Of a stretch of DNA of 64,000 nucleotides, positions 46,283-55,362 are shown piece by piece. The translations under genes and the position numbers were made by a program. Within the stretch, counting starts at the first letter, position 1. Each line of letters opens with the position of its first letter. The DNA is taken from positions 1,234-65,233 of the forward strand of contig CAKUBG010000013.1 of assembly GCA_934636825.1 (NCBI GenBank), read 5' to 3'. Below the pieces are notes generated by a model. That model was not told the origin of the DNA and did no database searches. It saw only the letters and a program-made list of their open reading frames with translations. The DNA is from an uncultured bacterium. Its GTDB lineage: Bacteria; Vulcanimicrobiota; Xenobia; Xenobiales; Xenobiaceae.

Positions 46283-46339
46283 ATTTCCTCTCGCCTAGCA
46301 TGTAGAAAGCTCACGCCGCCATTTTTTAGGCACAAGGCC

Positions 46340-48166
46340 CTAAAATCCTTTACCGGCATGTAAAATATCCCAGTTTAGTTTGTTGTAACTGCGGCAAAGC
46401 TCATCGATATTTTGTTTATCTTTAAGATATTGCAAGGAACTGTGACGTAAAGTCAAAGCATAGTCCTTGTCTCCTTGTTTTTGAGCAAATTCAGCCTCTT
46501 TTTGTAAAGGTTCTATGTCTTGACAAACCTTCTTTATTTCCTGAATCCTTTGGCCAGAAGTTGGATGAGTACTAAACCAAGGAATATGAAGTTTGGCTTG
46601 TCCGGATTCTTGCTGGTATAATTCGAGTTTTTCTAAGGTAGCGCAAAATTCTTGAGGATTGTAACCAGCGGCAAAAGAAAGTTGCACAGCGCTGCGATCA
46701 GCCTCATATTCTTGCTCACGCGAAAAGCCCTTATTTATTAAGTCTGTCGCTTTTTGCGAGCCTAAATATCCCCAATAGCTGCGGGTTGTATAGCGCATAA
46801 CTGTACCCAAAATATTGGATATATTGCCACGCATTTTGCTAGCATTGCCATGTTTGTGCAATATATGAGCAAACTCGTGGGCCAAAACAGCAGCCAGTTC
46901 GTCATCGCTTTCCAAGATCTTTAATAATCCAGAGGTAACAAAAACTGGCCCACCAGGGACGGAGAGAGCTTGCGCCTCTGGGGAATTAAGCACGACAAAG
47001 TCGCACAAATCTGGAGAGAAACCGTTGCCTTCTAAGAGCTGCCGACCGATTTTTTGGACTCGACTTATTGCTTCTTGATCTTGGCTTAAACTGTAACGAC
47101 TCTGAACTTGAGAAGCTCCCTCTTTAGAAAGTTCTCGGTCTTGTCTACTCATACTTAAATATGGATCGTCTTTGGGAAAGCAAACTGCGCATGGTTCGTA
47201 TCCCTTGCGTTTAGCAAGCTTCTCGTCTTTAAAGGCATAAAGACGACTATTTGTAGAAAGGTGATTCGCTCCGGGCTTATGGTATTGCTTGCTTTCCATA
47301 TTTACCACAACCCCATGAAGCTCGCCCCACTCTTGAAGCGCTTGATCGCATAAATTTTGCCACCCTTTGCCTTTGGCTAAAGGGGCTCGCACTTCGCGCT
47401 CGTCCAAAAGTTCCAGATCATACAAATGGCCTAACAAGTTTTTGCCTTCTTGGCGAACGACGAGAACTTTACGTGGTAAAATGACTCTAGAAGCGTAATC
47501 AGATTGCATAAAGAGAGCGAGATTCTTTACTAGAGCAGCTTTTTCGCTATCACTCAAATTGTTTGTGGCTTTGGCATTAAAAAGTACTTCCGGGTCGCAA
47601 ACTATTTGTTGGTTTTGCTCTAAAGGAAGGGGAGGCGAGGTTCTTTTTAGTAGGCCATGATTGTCGAAAGAGACTAGAGCTAATTCAGGGCGCTGGACAT
47701 CTAAATCTTCGTCTTCAGGAAAGGCATTAGAATTTGGGAAAATTTCTTCTTTATCTTCTGGAGAATCGATCTTGGCTGCCGGAATAGATTGCCAAGTTGG
47801 TGATTGGTTATCTGAGGGGCTACTTGTAACGACCGGACGATCATGATTTAGAGCAGGGAGAGTAACTGCACGATTTTGATTGGGTGAAGTCGGCGTAGTG
47901 TTGGGAGCGCTGGCTCCGGGAAGAGAGTATTCCGGTGATTTACCGTTTGGAGTTGATTTCGGAAGTAAAATCGGAGGCTCTTGAGTTAAAGAAGGCTCGT
48001 CCTCACTTATATCAAGGTCACCGGGCAGTTCAAAGTTCTGAGCCAGCCAGGGCTCCGAATGCTTAGGAGCAGGGGCTGGCAAGTTGGCTGAAGATATTGA
48101 GCAGCAAACGTTAAAAGAGACGACAAGGCCCATAAGGCCGCCTAATAGCTTAGAATTGTGATTCAA
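46340..48166 (-). CDS. M48-family zinc metalloprotease with a long Pro/Ser-rich N-terminal region and a Cys motif reminiscent of Ada-type metal binding
   Basis: Signal peptide present. HExxH zinc motif (AHEFAHILHKHG). Downstream Glu (EYEADR). Central Cys motif GYEPCAVCFP. Confidence 0.7.
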   Translation of the reverse strand: MNHNSKLLGGLMGLVVSFNVCCSISSANLPAPAPKHSEPWLAQNFELPGDLDISEDEPSLTQEPPILLPKSTPNGKSPEYSLPGASAPNTTPTSPNQNRAVTLPALNHDRPVVTSSPSDNQSPTWQSIPAAKIDSPEDKEEIFPNSNAFPEDEDLDVQRPELALVSFDNHGLLKRTSPPLPLEQNQQIVCDPEVLFNAKATNNLSDSEKAALVKNLALFMQSDYASRVILPRKVLVVRQEGKNLLGHLYDLELLDEREVRAPLAKGKGWQNLCDQALQEWGELHGVVVNMESKQYHKPGANHLSTNSRLYAFKDEKLAKRKGYEPCAVCFPKDDPYLSMSRQDRELSKEGASQVQSRYSLSQDQEAISRVQKIGRQLLEGNGFSPDLCDFVVLNSPEAQALSVPGGPVFVTSGLLKILESDDELAAVLAHEFAHILHKHGNASKMRGNISNILGTVMRYTTRSYWGYLGSQKATDLINKGFSREQEYEADRSAVQLSFAAGYNPQEFCATLEKLELYQQESGQAKLHIPWFSTHPTSGQRIQEIKKVCQDIEPLQKEAEFAQKQGDKDYALTLRHSSLQYLKDKQNIDELCRSYNKLNWDILHAGKGF

Positions 48167-48387
48167 GGCTTGTTCGGTTCCTTTGCGAAGAAGAGCACCG
48201 GCTGTGGTAGCGAGTAAAAACTATAGAACTTTTTTCATCGCCAAAAAAACAGTAAGTACCGGGAAAAATTGTACAATATTTGTGGGTGTGTTTCAAATTT
48301 TTTATTCGAAGCCGTTTTGTGAGAAATAAGGAACAGAGACGGTAAGTGTCGAAGTTGTAGAGGAATGTTTTCTTCAGGAATGATGCT

Positions 48388-49587
48388 ATGAGCGATATCG
48401 ATTATTTAGAGCGATTGCCTAAAATTAACAGTGCAGCTTCTACAGACAACAGCTTTGCCTTATCAGAAGACGAGCGCCAAACGCTCGATGAAGAATCTAA
48501 GACGAAATTGATCGAGTTGCTGAAGCGTGAGGAGTCTGGAACTACTTCTGAAATAGTCAGCCGTTTTAAGAGCGGAGACAAAGAAGCTGCCGAGATTCTG
48601 GTGCGTACTTTCTATCCCTATGTTGAAAGTCTCTTGGTGGCTTTGGAAAAACGCGATTTGCAAGAGAGAGCTAGTGAGCGGGGAGGCATAGCACCGGCTT
48701 TAATTAGCAGCGGTGGTCGTCGCAAAGAGTTTCTTAATAGCTTTTTTACTGATTTCGTCAATAAAGCTGCTGATATAGATTTAAGTAAAGGTATTCGTCT
48801 TTATCTTTACAGCCATTGTGCCGAGCCTTTTATTAAACGTCTTCAGGACACTTTGGAGCAGCCGAAGGATAATACCGAAAGTTTAAAAGACAGTAGCCGA
48901 GAACGCAGTCTTTTCTTAGATGACGAACCCGGGCACAAGGCTTTAGCCTCAACCAATTACAGAAGCCAGGACTATAGCAACCCAGCCAAAGACAGTCTTT
49001 TTTTTGAAGATATTCCCAAACCCAAGATGAGGATATCTGGTATACCGGCGACCAGAAGCTTAAGTGGCAAAGAAGATGTTGTAAACCGTGAACGCAATTC
49101 TGTTGCAAAAACAGGAGGCGTTAAGGGGCCTGTATATATGCGTCAAAGTGACAGCTTGGCAGGTGCTGCAAGTAGTGGAAGCATTGAAGTGCGGCGTGTC
49201 GGTACTTTGGGAAATGCTTCTAATCAAGCCCAATTGTTGCGCACTGATTCTGGCACTAAAACTGCTATTTCGTCGCGTATACCTAGGAATAATGTCCATT
49301 TAGCTCCGGCTTTGAGCCCTTCTGAGGATATTCCGGAAAAAGAACCGGTTTCTGCCGCTCCTACAGCTCCGGCCCAACTGTCGCGTAAAGCTCAGGCAAT
49401 AGCCGGTGGCTTAAAAAAATTGGCAGTCACCGATTTAGAAGCCTATCGGACTGTAGTTATGCGTTATTTTGCTAATTGCTCATTTGCTGAGTTGTGCCAG
49501 AAATTGGAAGTTACTTCCGCAGGAGAGATTGGCTTACGCCTTTTGCGAGGTTTATTGAGCCTGGGTGGCGAGCAACGCCCTAGTTAA
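48388..49587 (+). CDS. Divergent sigma-70/ECF-like protein with a ~200-aa Ser-rich insertion between region-2-like and region-4-like segments
   Basis: SRFKSGDKEAAEILVRTFYPYVESLL parallels ARFQAGDDSAFDELMTIYYRPVLNLI of the neighbouring ECF sigma. C-terminal helix-turn-helix-like segment FAELCQKLEVTSAGEIGLRLLRG. Confidence 0.5.
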   Translation: MSDIDYLERLPKINSAASTDNSFALSEDERQTLDEESKTKLIELLKREESGTTSEIVSRFKSGDKEAAEILVRTFYPYVESLLVALEKRDLQERASERGGIAPALISSGGRRKEFLNSFFTDFVNKAADIDLSKGIRLYLYSHCAEPFIKRLQDTLEQPKDNTESLKDSSRERSLFLDDEPGHKALASTNYRSQDYSNPAKDSLFFEDIPKPKMRISGIPATRSLSGKEDVVNRERNSVAKTGGVKGPVYMRQSDSLAGAASSGSIEVRRVGTLGNASNQAQLLRTDSGTKTAISSRIPRNNVHLAPALSPSEDIPEKEPVSAAPTAPAQLSRKAQAIAGGLKKLAVTDLEAYRTVVMRYFANCSFAELCQKLEVTSAGEIGLRLLRGLLSLGGEQRPS

Positions 49588-49720
49588 GAGTTCTCCGCTT
49601 TTTATTTTCTGTAAAAAAAGTGTATTTTTTAGACAGATTCGACGATAGCTGGATGGTAGAAATATTGTGAGACCAAAGAAAAATGGCGCAGAGATTTGCC
49701 AAAACGAATATATAAAGGCT

Positions 49721-51232
49721 ATGTTGGTACCTTACGCGGAGCGTTCCTTGGCTAAAGCGAATCGCGCTGAAGTAGAGGCTCATTTAGCTGAATGCCAGTT
49801 TTGCCGTGAAGAAGTTAGACGCTTACACGACCTTATGCGTCCTTTGAGCGAATTGGCTAAAAGCGGGTTTAAACCTGTTTATGATGCTCATCCAACTCAT
49901 GAGCAATTGTTCCGCTACTCTGTCGGTGATAGGAGACAGAGTAGAGAAGAACAGCGCAATATTCGTTTGCATATATTTATGTGCAGCGATTGTAGTAAAG
50001 AAATTCAGCTTATCAAACAAGTAGAGCACGACTTTGAGGGACTTTCCGCCGAAGACAGCAGCCGTTGGACTATGCCTCCGGTATTACGCAATCTCTTCGC
50101 TTCTCCCAGTCGCACTTCCGTTATAGTAGAAAACGCTTTAGAAGAGCGCATCCCCAACATAGAACGCGTGCGAGCTATAATGCAAAAAGTTAATTTGCAT
50201 TTGGTCGGTGTCGTGGCGGCTATTATTTTGTTGATGTTCATTTGTTTATCGTTTATTACTTGTGGCAGCGGAGATGATGAACAACAAGCTAAAGTCAGTC
50301 CTTCACCTTCAAGCTCAGTTGTAGCGGCACAGACTGCAGTTAAAGAGGAATGGGTTGTTTTGCCTTTGGGTGACTTCAGCCCTGTAGAGGCTTGCACGGT
50401 ACTAAGTTCTCAAGATATTGCCTATCGCAGCACTAGAGGACGCTTAGAAGTAAAAGAAATTGATTTGGAAAGGGCCCAAGCTGCAGTAAATAAATATCGG
50501 GAAGGGTACAACTTACCTGAAAGTGCTCTAGCTTTGGAGGATAGCTCCACTCAGGATAGCTATGCTGAGGAGCAACCTTCTATTTCTGAAGATAATTATG
50601 ACTCTGCATCTACAGAGACGTCTAGCGATCCTGTCGACTATAATTCTGCTGTCGGAGAAGAAGAAAAATCTGGGGCCAATTATGACACTACAGTGGCGGA
50701 TAACAGATCGGTGGAAGAACCAACTGTCTCTGTGGCTGTTGCTCCTAAGTCTGTACAAGCTACAGCATCTCATAGCAGCAAAACTTTCTCTCAGCCGCGT
50801 GTAGCCGTACCTGCACATCGTGCTGTTGTTCGTCCTGTTTATAGTGCTCAGCCTAAAGTTAAAGCTAAGGTTGCCTCTCGACCTACACGCGCTTACGATA
50901 CAGCAGCCTATCAGCCTGCACCGTCTCCTATTTCTAAAACTTCAAAAAAGGTCTCTCCTGGAGACGGCCCCACACCTATTTCTGCTTCCTATGTTGCAGG
51001 CAGCAACCACCCCGAATCTTCACCCCGTTCAGCTGTCGCCCCTTCGCCGGCTATTATTCGTCCCGGCTCTGATGTAACCGTTTCTTCTATGCGCCGTCAC
51101 ACTTCTAAAACTGAATATGCGGCCGAAAGTACTGTTGCTGCTGAAGAACATACTTCTAAAAATGAAAACATGGTGGGTGGCAACACCTATGACGATGCAG
51201 ACAGCGTTACAAATCGCGATACTATAGAGTAG
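49721..51232 (+). CDS. Anti-sigma-factor-like single-pass membrane protein with a long Ser/Pro/Ala-rich extracytoplasmic tail (alternative GTG start at 49667)
   Basis: ATG preceded by AAAGG. Two H/C-x3-C-x2-C motifs (HLAECQFC, FMCSDCSK). TM helix LVGVVAAIILLMFICLSFI. ~300-aa low-complexity periplasmic region. Confidence 0.55.
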   Translation: MLVPYAERSLAKANRAEVEAHLAECQFCREEVRRLHDLMRPLSELAKSGFKPVYDAHPTHEQLFRYSVGDRRQSREEQRNIRLHIFMCSDCSKEIQLIKQVEHDFEGLSAEDSSRWTMPPVLRNLFASPSRTSVIVENALEERIPNIERVRAIMQKVNLHLVGVVAAIILLMFICLSFITCGSGDDEQQAKVSPSPSSSVVAAQTAVKEEWVVLPLGDFSPVEACTVLSSQDIAYRSTRGRLEVKEIDLERAQAAVNKYREGYNLPESALALEDSSTQDSYAEEQPSISEDNYDSASTETSSDPVDYNSAVGEEEKSGANYDTTVADNRSVEEPTVSVAVAPKSVQATASHSSKTFSQPRVAVPAHRAVVRPVYSAQPKVKAKVASRPTRAYDTAAYQPAPSPISKTSKKVSPGDGPTPISASYVAGSNHPESSPRSAVAPSPAIIRPGSDVTVSSMRRHTSKTEYAAESTVAAEEHTSKNENMVGGNTYDDADSVTNRDTIE

Positions 51233-51235
51233 CGT

Positions 51236-52150
51236 ATGGGTATTCCTGTTCTGGAAGTTACCAATTTAGCCTATTGGGGGGACAATGTCGCTTTAAAGGT
51301 TCCTATGTCCTTCGTTTTGGAAGCTGGAGACATAGGAGTAGTTATCAGTCAAAATCTGAGCAGCTCGGCCAATTTGTTGCATGCTGTAGCTGGAATGCCA
51401 ACTTCACGCCGCAACAAGATAAGTATCGGCGCTCATGCAAACACTTCTACTGCTGCCAAGTATTTGTTTGGATTTGTTCCTGCAAAGTCGGAATTTTATG
51501 AAGAACTTACCGTTTGGGAACAACTGGCTATTGGCGCTGAATTATACAATGTAGACAAACACTATCGTCCTTATGCTATATATGAAGCTCTGGAAATTAC
51601 CCAAATAACTCAATATAAAGATGTACAACTTGTCCAAATTGCTGATCTAAATTTGCGCAAACGCATAAGTATAGCCGGAGCTTTGGTACACAGTCCGCGT
51701 TTAGTTATAATAGAAGATCTATTCAGAGGTAGTGACTTTCGCAATTGGCAAAAAATGACCGATATACTTGACCAAATTCGTAATACCGGTAAAGCCATTC
51801 TTTTGTCTGCTGAAAGTTTACTCAACCTAGAATCACTGTACAGTCAATTATTTGTTGTCGGTGAAAATGAAGTTTTTGTGCACGGCTTGTATCCTCAAAT
51901 AGCGCAAAAAATCGGACAATACAATTTAGTGCAATTACAAGTTTGGGATACAGGAATAGATAGTGCCATACATTGTTTAAATGAGTCAGTCGATGTATTC
52001 GACATATTGCAAAAGGACGACGATCCTGGAGTATTGCGTTTCTTTTTTAAGGGTGACGGTACAAAATTGCATAATCTTGTCTCAATTTTAAAAAATAACA
52101 ATATACCCATTGTATCTTGTTTGGCTGTAGACAATTTTTTTGGACGCTGA
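51236..52150 (+). CDS. ABC-ATPase-fold protein with degenerate catalytic motifs (pseudo-ATPase)
   Basis: The expected Walker A position reads SQNLSSSANLL, with no Lys. The Q-loop Gln is replaced (VPAKSE). The signature reads LNLRKR. Walker B reads VIIEDL. The H-loop His is absent. Starts 4 nt after the upstream stop. Confidence 0.6.
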   Translation: MGIPVLEVTNLAYWGDNVALKVPMSFVLEAGDIGVVISQNLSSSANLLHAVAGMPTSRRNKISIGAHANTSTAAKYLFGFVPAKSEFYEELTVWEQLAIGAELYNVDKHYRPYAIYEALEITQITQYKDVQLVQIADLNLRKRISIAGALVHSPRLVIIEDLFRGSDFRNWQKMTDILDQIRNTGKAILLSAESLLNLESLYSQLFVVGENEVFVHGLYPQIAQKIGQYNLVQLQVWDTGIDSAIHCLNESVDVFDILQKDDDPGVLRFFFKGDGTKLHNLVSILKNNNIPIVSCLAVDNFFGR

Positions 52151-52355
52151 AACACTTTTTTAGCGGAAGGAGAACAATTGGGGCTGTAGAACCGATCACG
52201 AAAGTTCATTTCACAACTGAACTGCTTAGGGCGGGCTGTCCTTCACGAAACGTAAGGAATTGTGTTCGGCAGTTTCGTTTTTGGGGCTGTCAAAAATGGT
52301 CCCGTCAACATTGAGATGGCCCTTGAGGGCCGAGAAAGCGAGTGGAGTAGGCTAA

Positions 52356-52889
52356 ATGCGTAAATTCACAGCCACACTCTTCCTGCTGGCCACTTTGTCG
52401 CTGGGCTGCCTAGCGGTAGGTGCTGCGCCGGCTATGGCGGATGAGAGCATGAAGACCGTGAACTTAGTAACTGAGTTCGGTCCTTACACTTATAGTATTT
52501 ATGAGTATCCTTCTTACAATACCAGTTTCTTCTTCTATGAGAATAGCTACGTCGAATTTGACGTAGTAAATGGTACTTCTTGGAGAATCGAAGCCCCTAA
52601 GGCTATGATTCACAAGGAGCCCGCTGTCCCCGGTGAGACTTTGCTGGGCACCGGCCGCACCTACAATTCCATCGAGAATTTTGACGTATACTTCTACGCT
52701 CCCGACGGCACTCTCTTAGCTACCCGCAAGAACGCTAGATTGAGCGACAATTATAGCTTCCCCCGTGAGCGTCAGCATGACAAGGTGCGTGTGCGCATCG
52801 AGTCTAGAGGCGTGCAGAACTTAGATGCTAAGTTCATCGTTTGGGATCCGGTCAACCCTGTGGTTGCCAAACCCATTGTAGAGAAGTAG
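52356..52889 (+). CDS. Small secreted protein (177 aa), unknown function
   Basis: Signal peptide with AxA site (AAPAMA-DE). RBS GGAGTAGG. Aromatic-rich predicted beta protein. Confidence 0.5.
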   Translation: MRKFTATLFLLATLSLGCLAVGAAPAMADESMKTVNLVTEFGPYTYSIYEYPSYNTSFFFYENSYVEFDVVNGTSWRIEAPKAMIHKEPAVPGETLLGTGRTYNSIENFDVYFYAPDGTLLATRKNARLSDNYSFPRERQHDKVRVRIESRGVQNLDAKFIVWDPVNPVVAKPIVEK

Positions 52890-52979
52890 TTTTTGCTCGT
52901 AGCGATGCGCTCTCATATCATTGTTTTCATGTAAATAGAGCAAAAGAGATATCGATTGGGCGCATTGAGCACTTCAAGT

Positions 52980-53020
52980 AGACATTTCCGGCAATATAGT
53001 CGGAAACGTCTATTTTTTTT
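52980..53020 (+). terminator. Rho-independent terminator candidate
   Basis: AGACATTTCCG-loop-CGGAAACGTCT followed by ATTTTTTTT. Confidence 0.5.
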
Positions 53021-53165
53021 GCCTTTTTAGGAAAACGAAAAAATATAAGCTAATCAAGATAAATTCTAACGTTAATAAAATAAAGAATGGCTATAATAAC
53101 AGGCGGTGGATTCTATCCTGGTTGTGGGGTGGGGATACTGAATTTTATTCTATGGAGTTTTAGTT

Positions 53166-55097
53166 ATGGCTGCGCAAACATATGAATTTCAGGCTCAGGC
53201 TCGCCAACTCTTAAATTTAGTTATCAATTCTATTTATTCTAATAAAGAAATATTTTTACGTGAGTTGCTCTCCAATGCCTCTGACGCTTTAGATAAATTA
53301 CGTTTAGAAGCTTTGAAAAATTCCGAGTTGGAAGCTGACCTTTCCCATTTGCATATCACCATTGAACGCGATACCGAAAAGCGCACTTTGAAAGTGATAG
53401 ATAATGGTATCGGTATGAATGCCGAAGATCTTAAAGGTTTGATTGGTACAATCGCTCGCTCTGGAACTGCTGAGTTTTTGCAAAAAGCTACCGAAAACAA
53501 ATCAGAAGCTGCTGAATTGATTGGTCAGTTTGGTGTTGGCTTCTATTCTGTGTTTATGGTTGCCAAGAAAGCCGTTATCGAAACTCGCAAGCTCGGAGAT
53601 AAGGAAGGTTATCGTTGGGAATCTGCTGGAGACGGCTCTTATACTATTGAAGAAGCTGGGCCGCTCCCTCAAGGTACCGCTATTACTTTATATTTGAAAG
53701 ATGCCGATGAAGAAAACGAGTTAGCCGATTATACTCAAGAATGGGTTATACGCGATTTAGTAAAGCGTTATTCAGATTTTATCTCTTATCCCATTGAGAT
53801 GATGGTTACTAAACGGGAGACAATTCCTGCCGATAAAGAAGGCGGGGAGCCTAAGACTGTTGAGAAGCAAGAGTTAGAGACTCTCAATTCTATGAAAGCT
53901 CTTTGGGCTCGTCCTGAAAGCGAAGTCGAGCCTAAGGAATATAATGACTTCTACCGTCGCATAGCTCACGATTGGCAAGATCCTTTAAAAGTTATTACCA
54001 TGAAGGGCGAAGGTACGTTCGAATTCCAAGCCTTGCTTTTCATTCCGGCTAAAGCTCCCTTCGATTTATATATGCCTGAAAGCAAGAGAGGCATACAGCT
54101 CTATGTAAAGCGCGTCTTTATCATGGATGATTGCGAAGAACTCTTGCCTCCTTATCTTCGCTTCTTGCGCGGTGTAGTCGATTCCAGCGATCTTTCTCTC
54201 AATGTTTCCAGAGAGATTTTACAAAAAGATCGTCAGATTAAGGCTATTAACAAGAGTATTGTCCGCAAGGTTTTGAGCGTACTCAAAAATATGTTGGAAG
54301 AAAAACCTGAAGAATATCGCAAATTCTGGCAAGAATTTGGTAAAGTGCTTAAAGAAGGGCTTTATAATGATGCTTCCAACCGTGAGAGAATTTTGGATGT
54401 CATGTTGGCAGATTCTACTCATTCTGCCGAGTTGACTACTCTCAAAGATTATGTCTCTCGTATGAAAGAGGGACAAGAGAACATCTATTATATTACCGGA
54501 GAAAATCGCGAGCGCTTAGCTAAAGCTCCGCAAATGGAGGTTTTTAAAGCTAAAGGTATTGAAGTGCTCATTTTGAGTGATCCTATCGACTCTGTTTGGG
54601 TAGAGATGGTTAGCGAATACCAAGGCAAGAAGTTCAAATCTGTATTGCGTGGTGCTCTTGAATTGGGTGATGAAGCTGAAAAGAAGGCTGCTGAAGAAAA
54701 ATTGGAAACGCAGCGCAAAGACTTGGCTTCTATGACCGCTTGGATGGGTAGCGATTTGGAGAGTAAAGTAAAAGAAGTTCGCGTCTCTAACCGACTCACC
54801 GATTCGCCAGCTTGTTTGGTCTCCGATGAAAACGACCCTACACCTTCCATGGAAAAGATTATGAAAGCTATGGGACAAAATTTCCCTGCAGTAAAGCGTG
54901 TTTTGGAGATTAACCCTGAGCATGCCATAATCAAGCGTTTGCATGAACTTTACAGTCAAGATGGAGATAGTGAAGATCTTAAGTCTGTTGTAGATTTGAT
55001 TTACGATCAGGCTGTCTTGGCTGAAGGTGGCGAACTTGCCGATCCGGCCGGTTTCTCTGCTGCTTTAAGTAAAGTAATTAGCAAAGCTTTGCACTAG
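53166..55097 (+). CDS. htpG: Molecular chaperone HtpG (Hsp90)
   Basis: GHKL ATPase N-terminus (YEFQAQARQLLNLVINSIYSNKEIFLRELLSNASDALDKLR). Family-typical middle and C-terminal domains. 643 aa. Confidence 0.9.
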   Translation: MAAQTYEFQAQARQLLNLVINSIYSNKEIFLRELLSNASDALDKLRLEALKNSELEADLSHLHITIERDTEKRTLKVIDNGIGMNAEDLKGLIGTIARSGTAEFLQKATENKSEAAELIGQFGVGFYSVFMVAKKAVIETRKLGDKEGYRWESAGDGSYTIEEAGPLPQGTAITLYLKDADEENELADYTQEWVIRDLVKRYSDFISYPIEMMVTKRETIPADKEGGEPKTVEKQELETLNSMKALWARPESEVEPKEYNDFYRRIAHDWQDPLKVITMKGEGTFEFQALLFIPAKAPFDLYMPESKRGIQLYVKRVFIMDDCEELLPPYLRFLRGVVDSSDLSLNVSREILQKDRQIKAINKSIVRKVLSVLKNMLEEKPEEYRKFWQEFGKVLKEGLYNDASNRERILDVMLADSTHSAELTTLKDYVSRMKEGQENIYYITGENRERLAKAPQMEVFKAKGIEVLILSDPIDSVWVEMVSEYQGKKFKSVLRGALELGDEAEKKAAEEKLETQRKDLASMTAWMGSDLESKVKEVRVSNRLTDSPACLVSDENDPTPSMEKIMKAMGQNFPAVKRVLEINPEHAIIKRLHELYSQDGDSEDLKSVVDLIYDQAVLAEGGELADPAGFSAALSKVISKALH

Positions 55098-55138
55098 AGA
55101 TTTAAGGGGGCGTTATTCTTCAGCTCACCCCCTGTAAA

Positions 55139-55188
55139 AGAAGCGGCGTTCAGCTATTTTATAGCTATGTACCGCTTCTTTTTTTTTA
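55139..55188 (+). terminator. Rho-independent terminator after htpG
   Basis: GAAGCGGCG...CGCCGCTTC-like stem with a large loop, followed by a 9-T run. Confidence 0.5.
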
Positions 55189-55362
55189 GCATTTTTTACT
55201 TATGGTTTGAAAGGAATTATGCTCAAATTGGGGTAGTAAAGGCAGCTTTTGCTTTTATATAATTTTTTTCAGCTGCGCAGCAAAATTATTGGGCGTAAGA
55301 CCAAGCTGGTTTTAGCCTTATAGTTTTGCTTTTTTTTTGTGAATTTGAGGTTTTTTTCTTAC

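Noticed and set aside
52930-52990. CIRCE-like heat-shock operator upstream of htpG (TTGAGCACTT)
   Set aside because: Only a single imperfect half-site is present. There is no matching inverted partner at 9-nt spacing.
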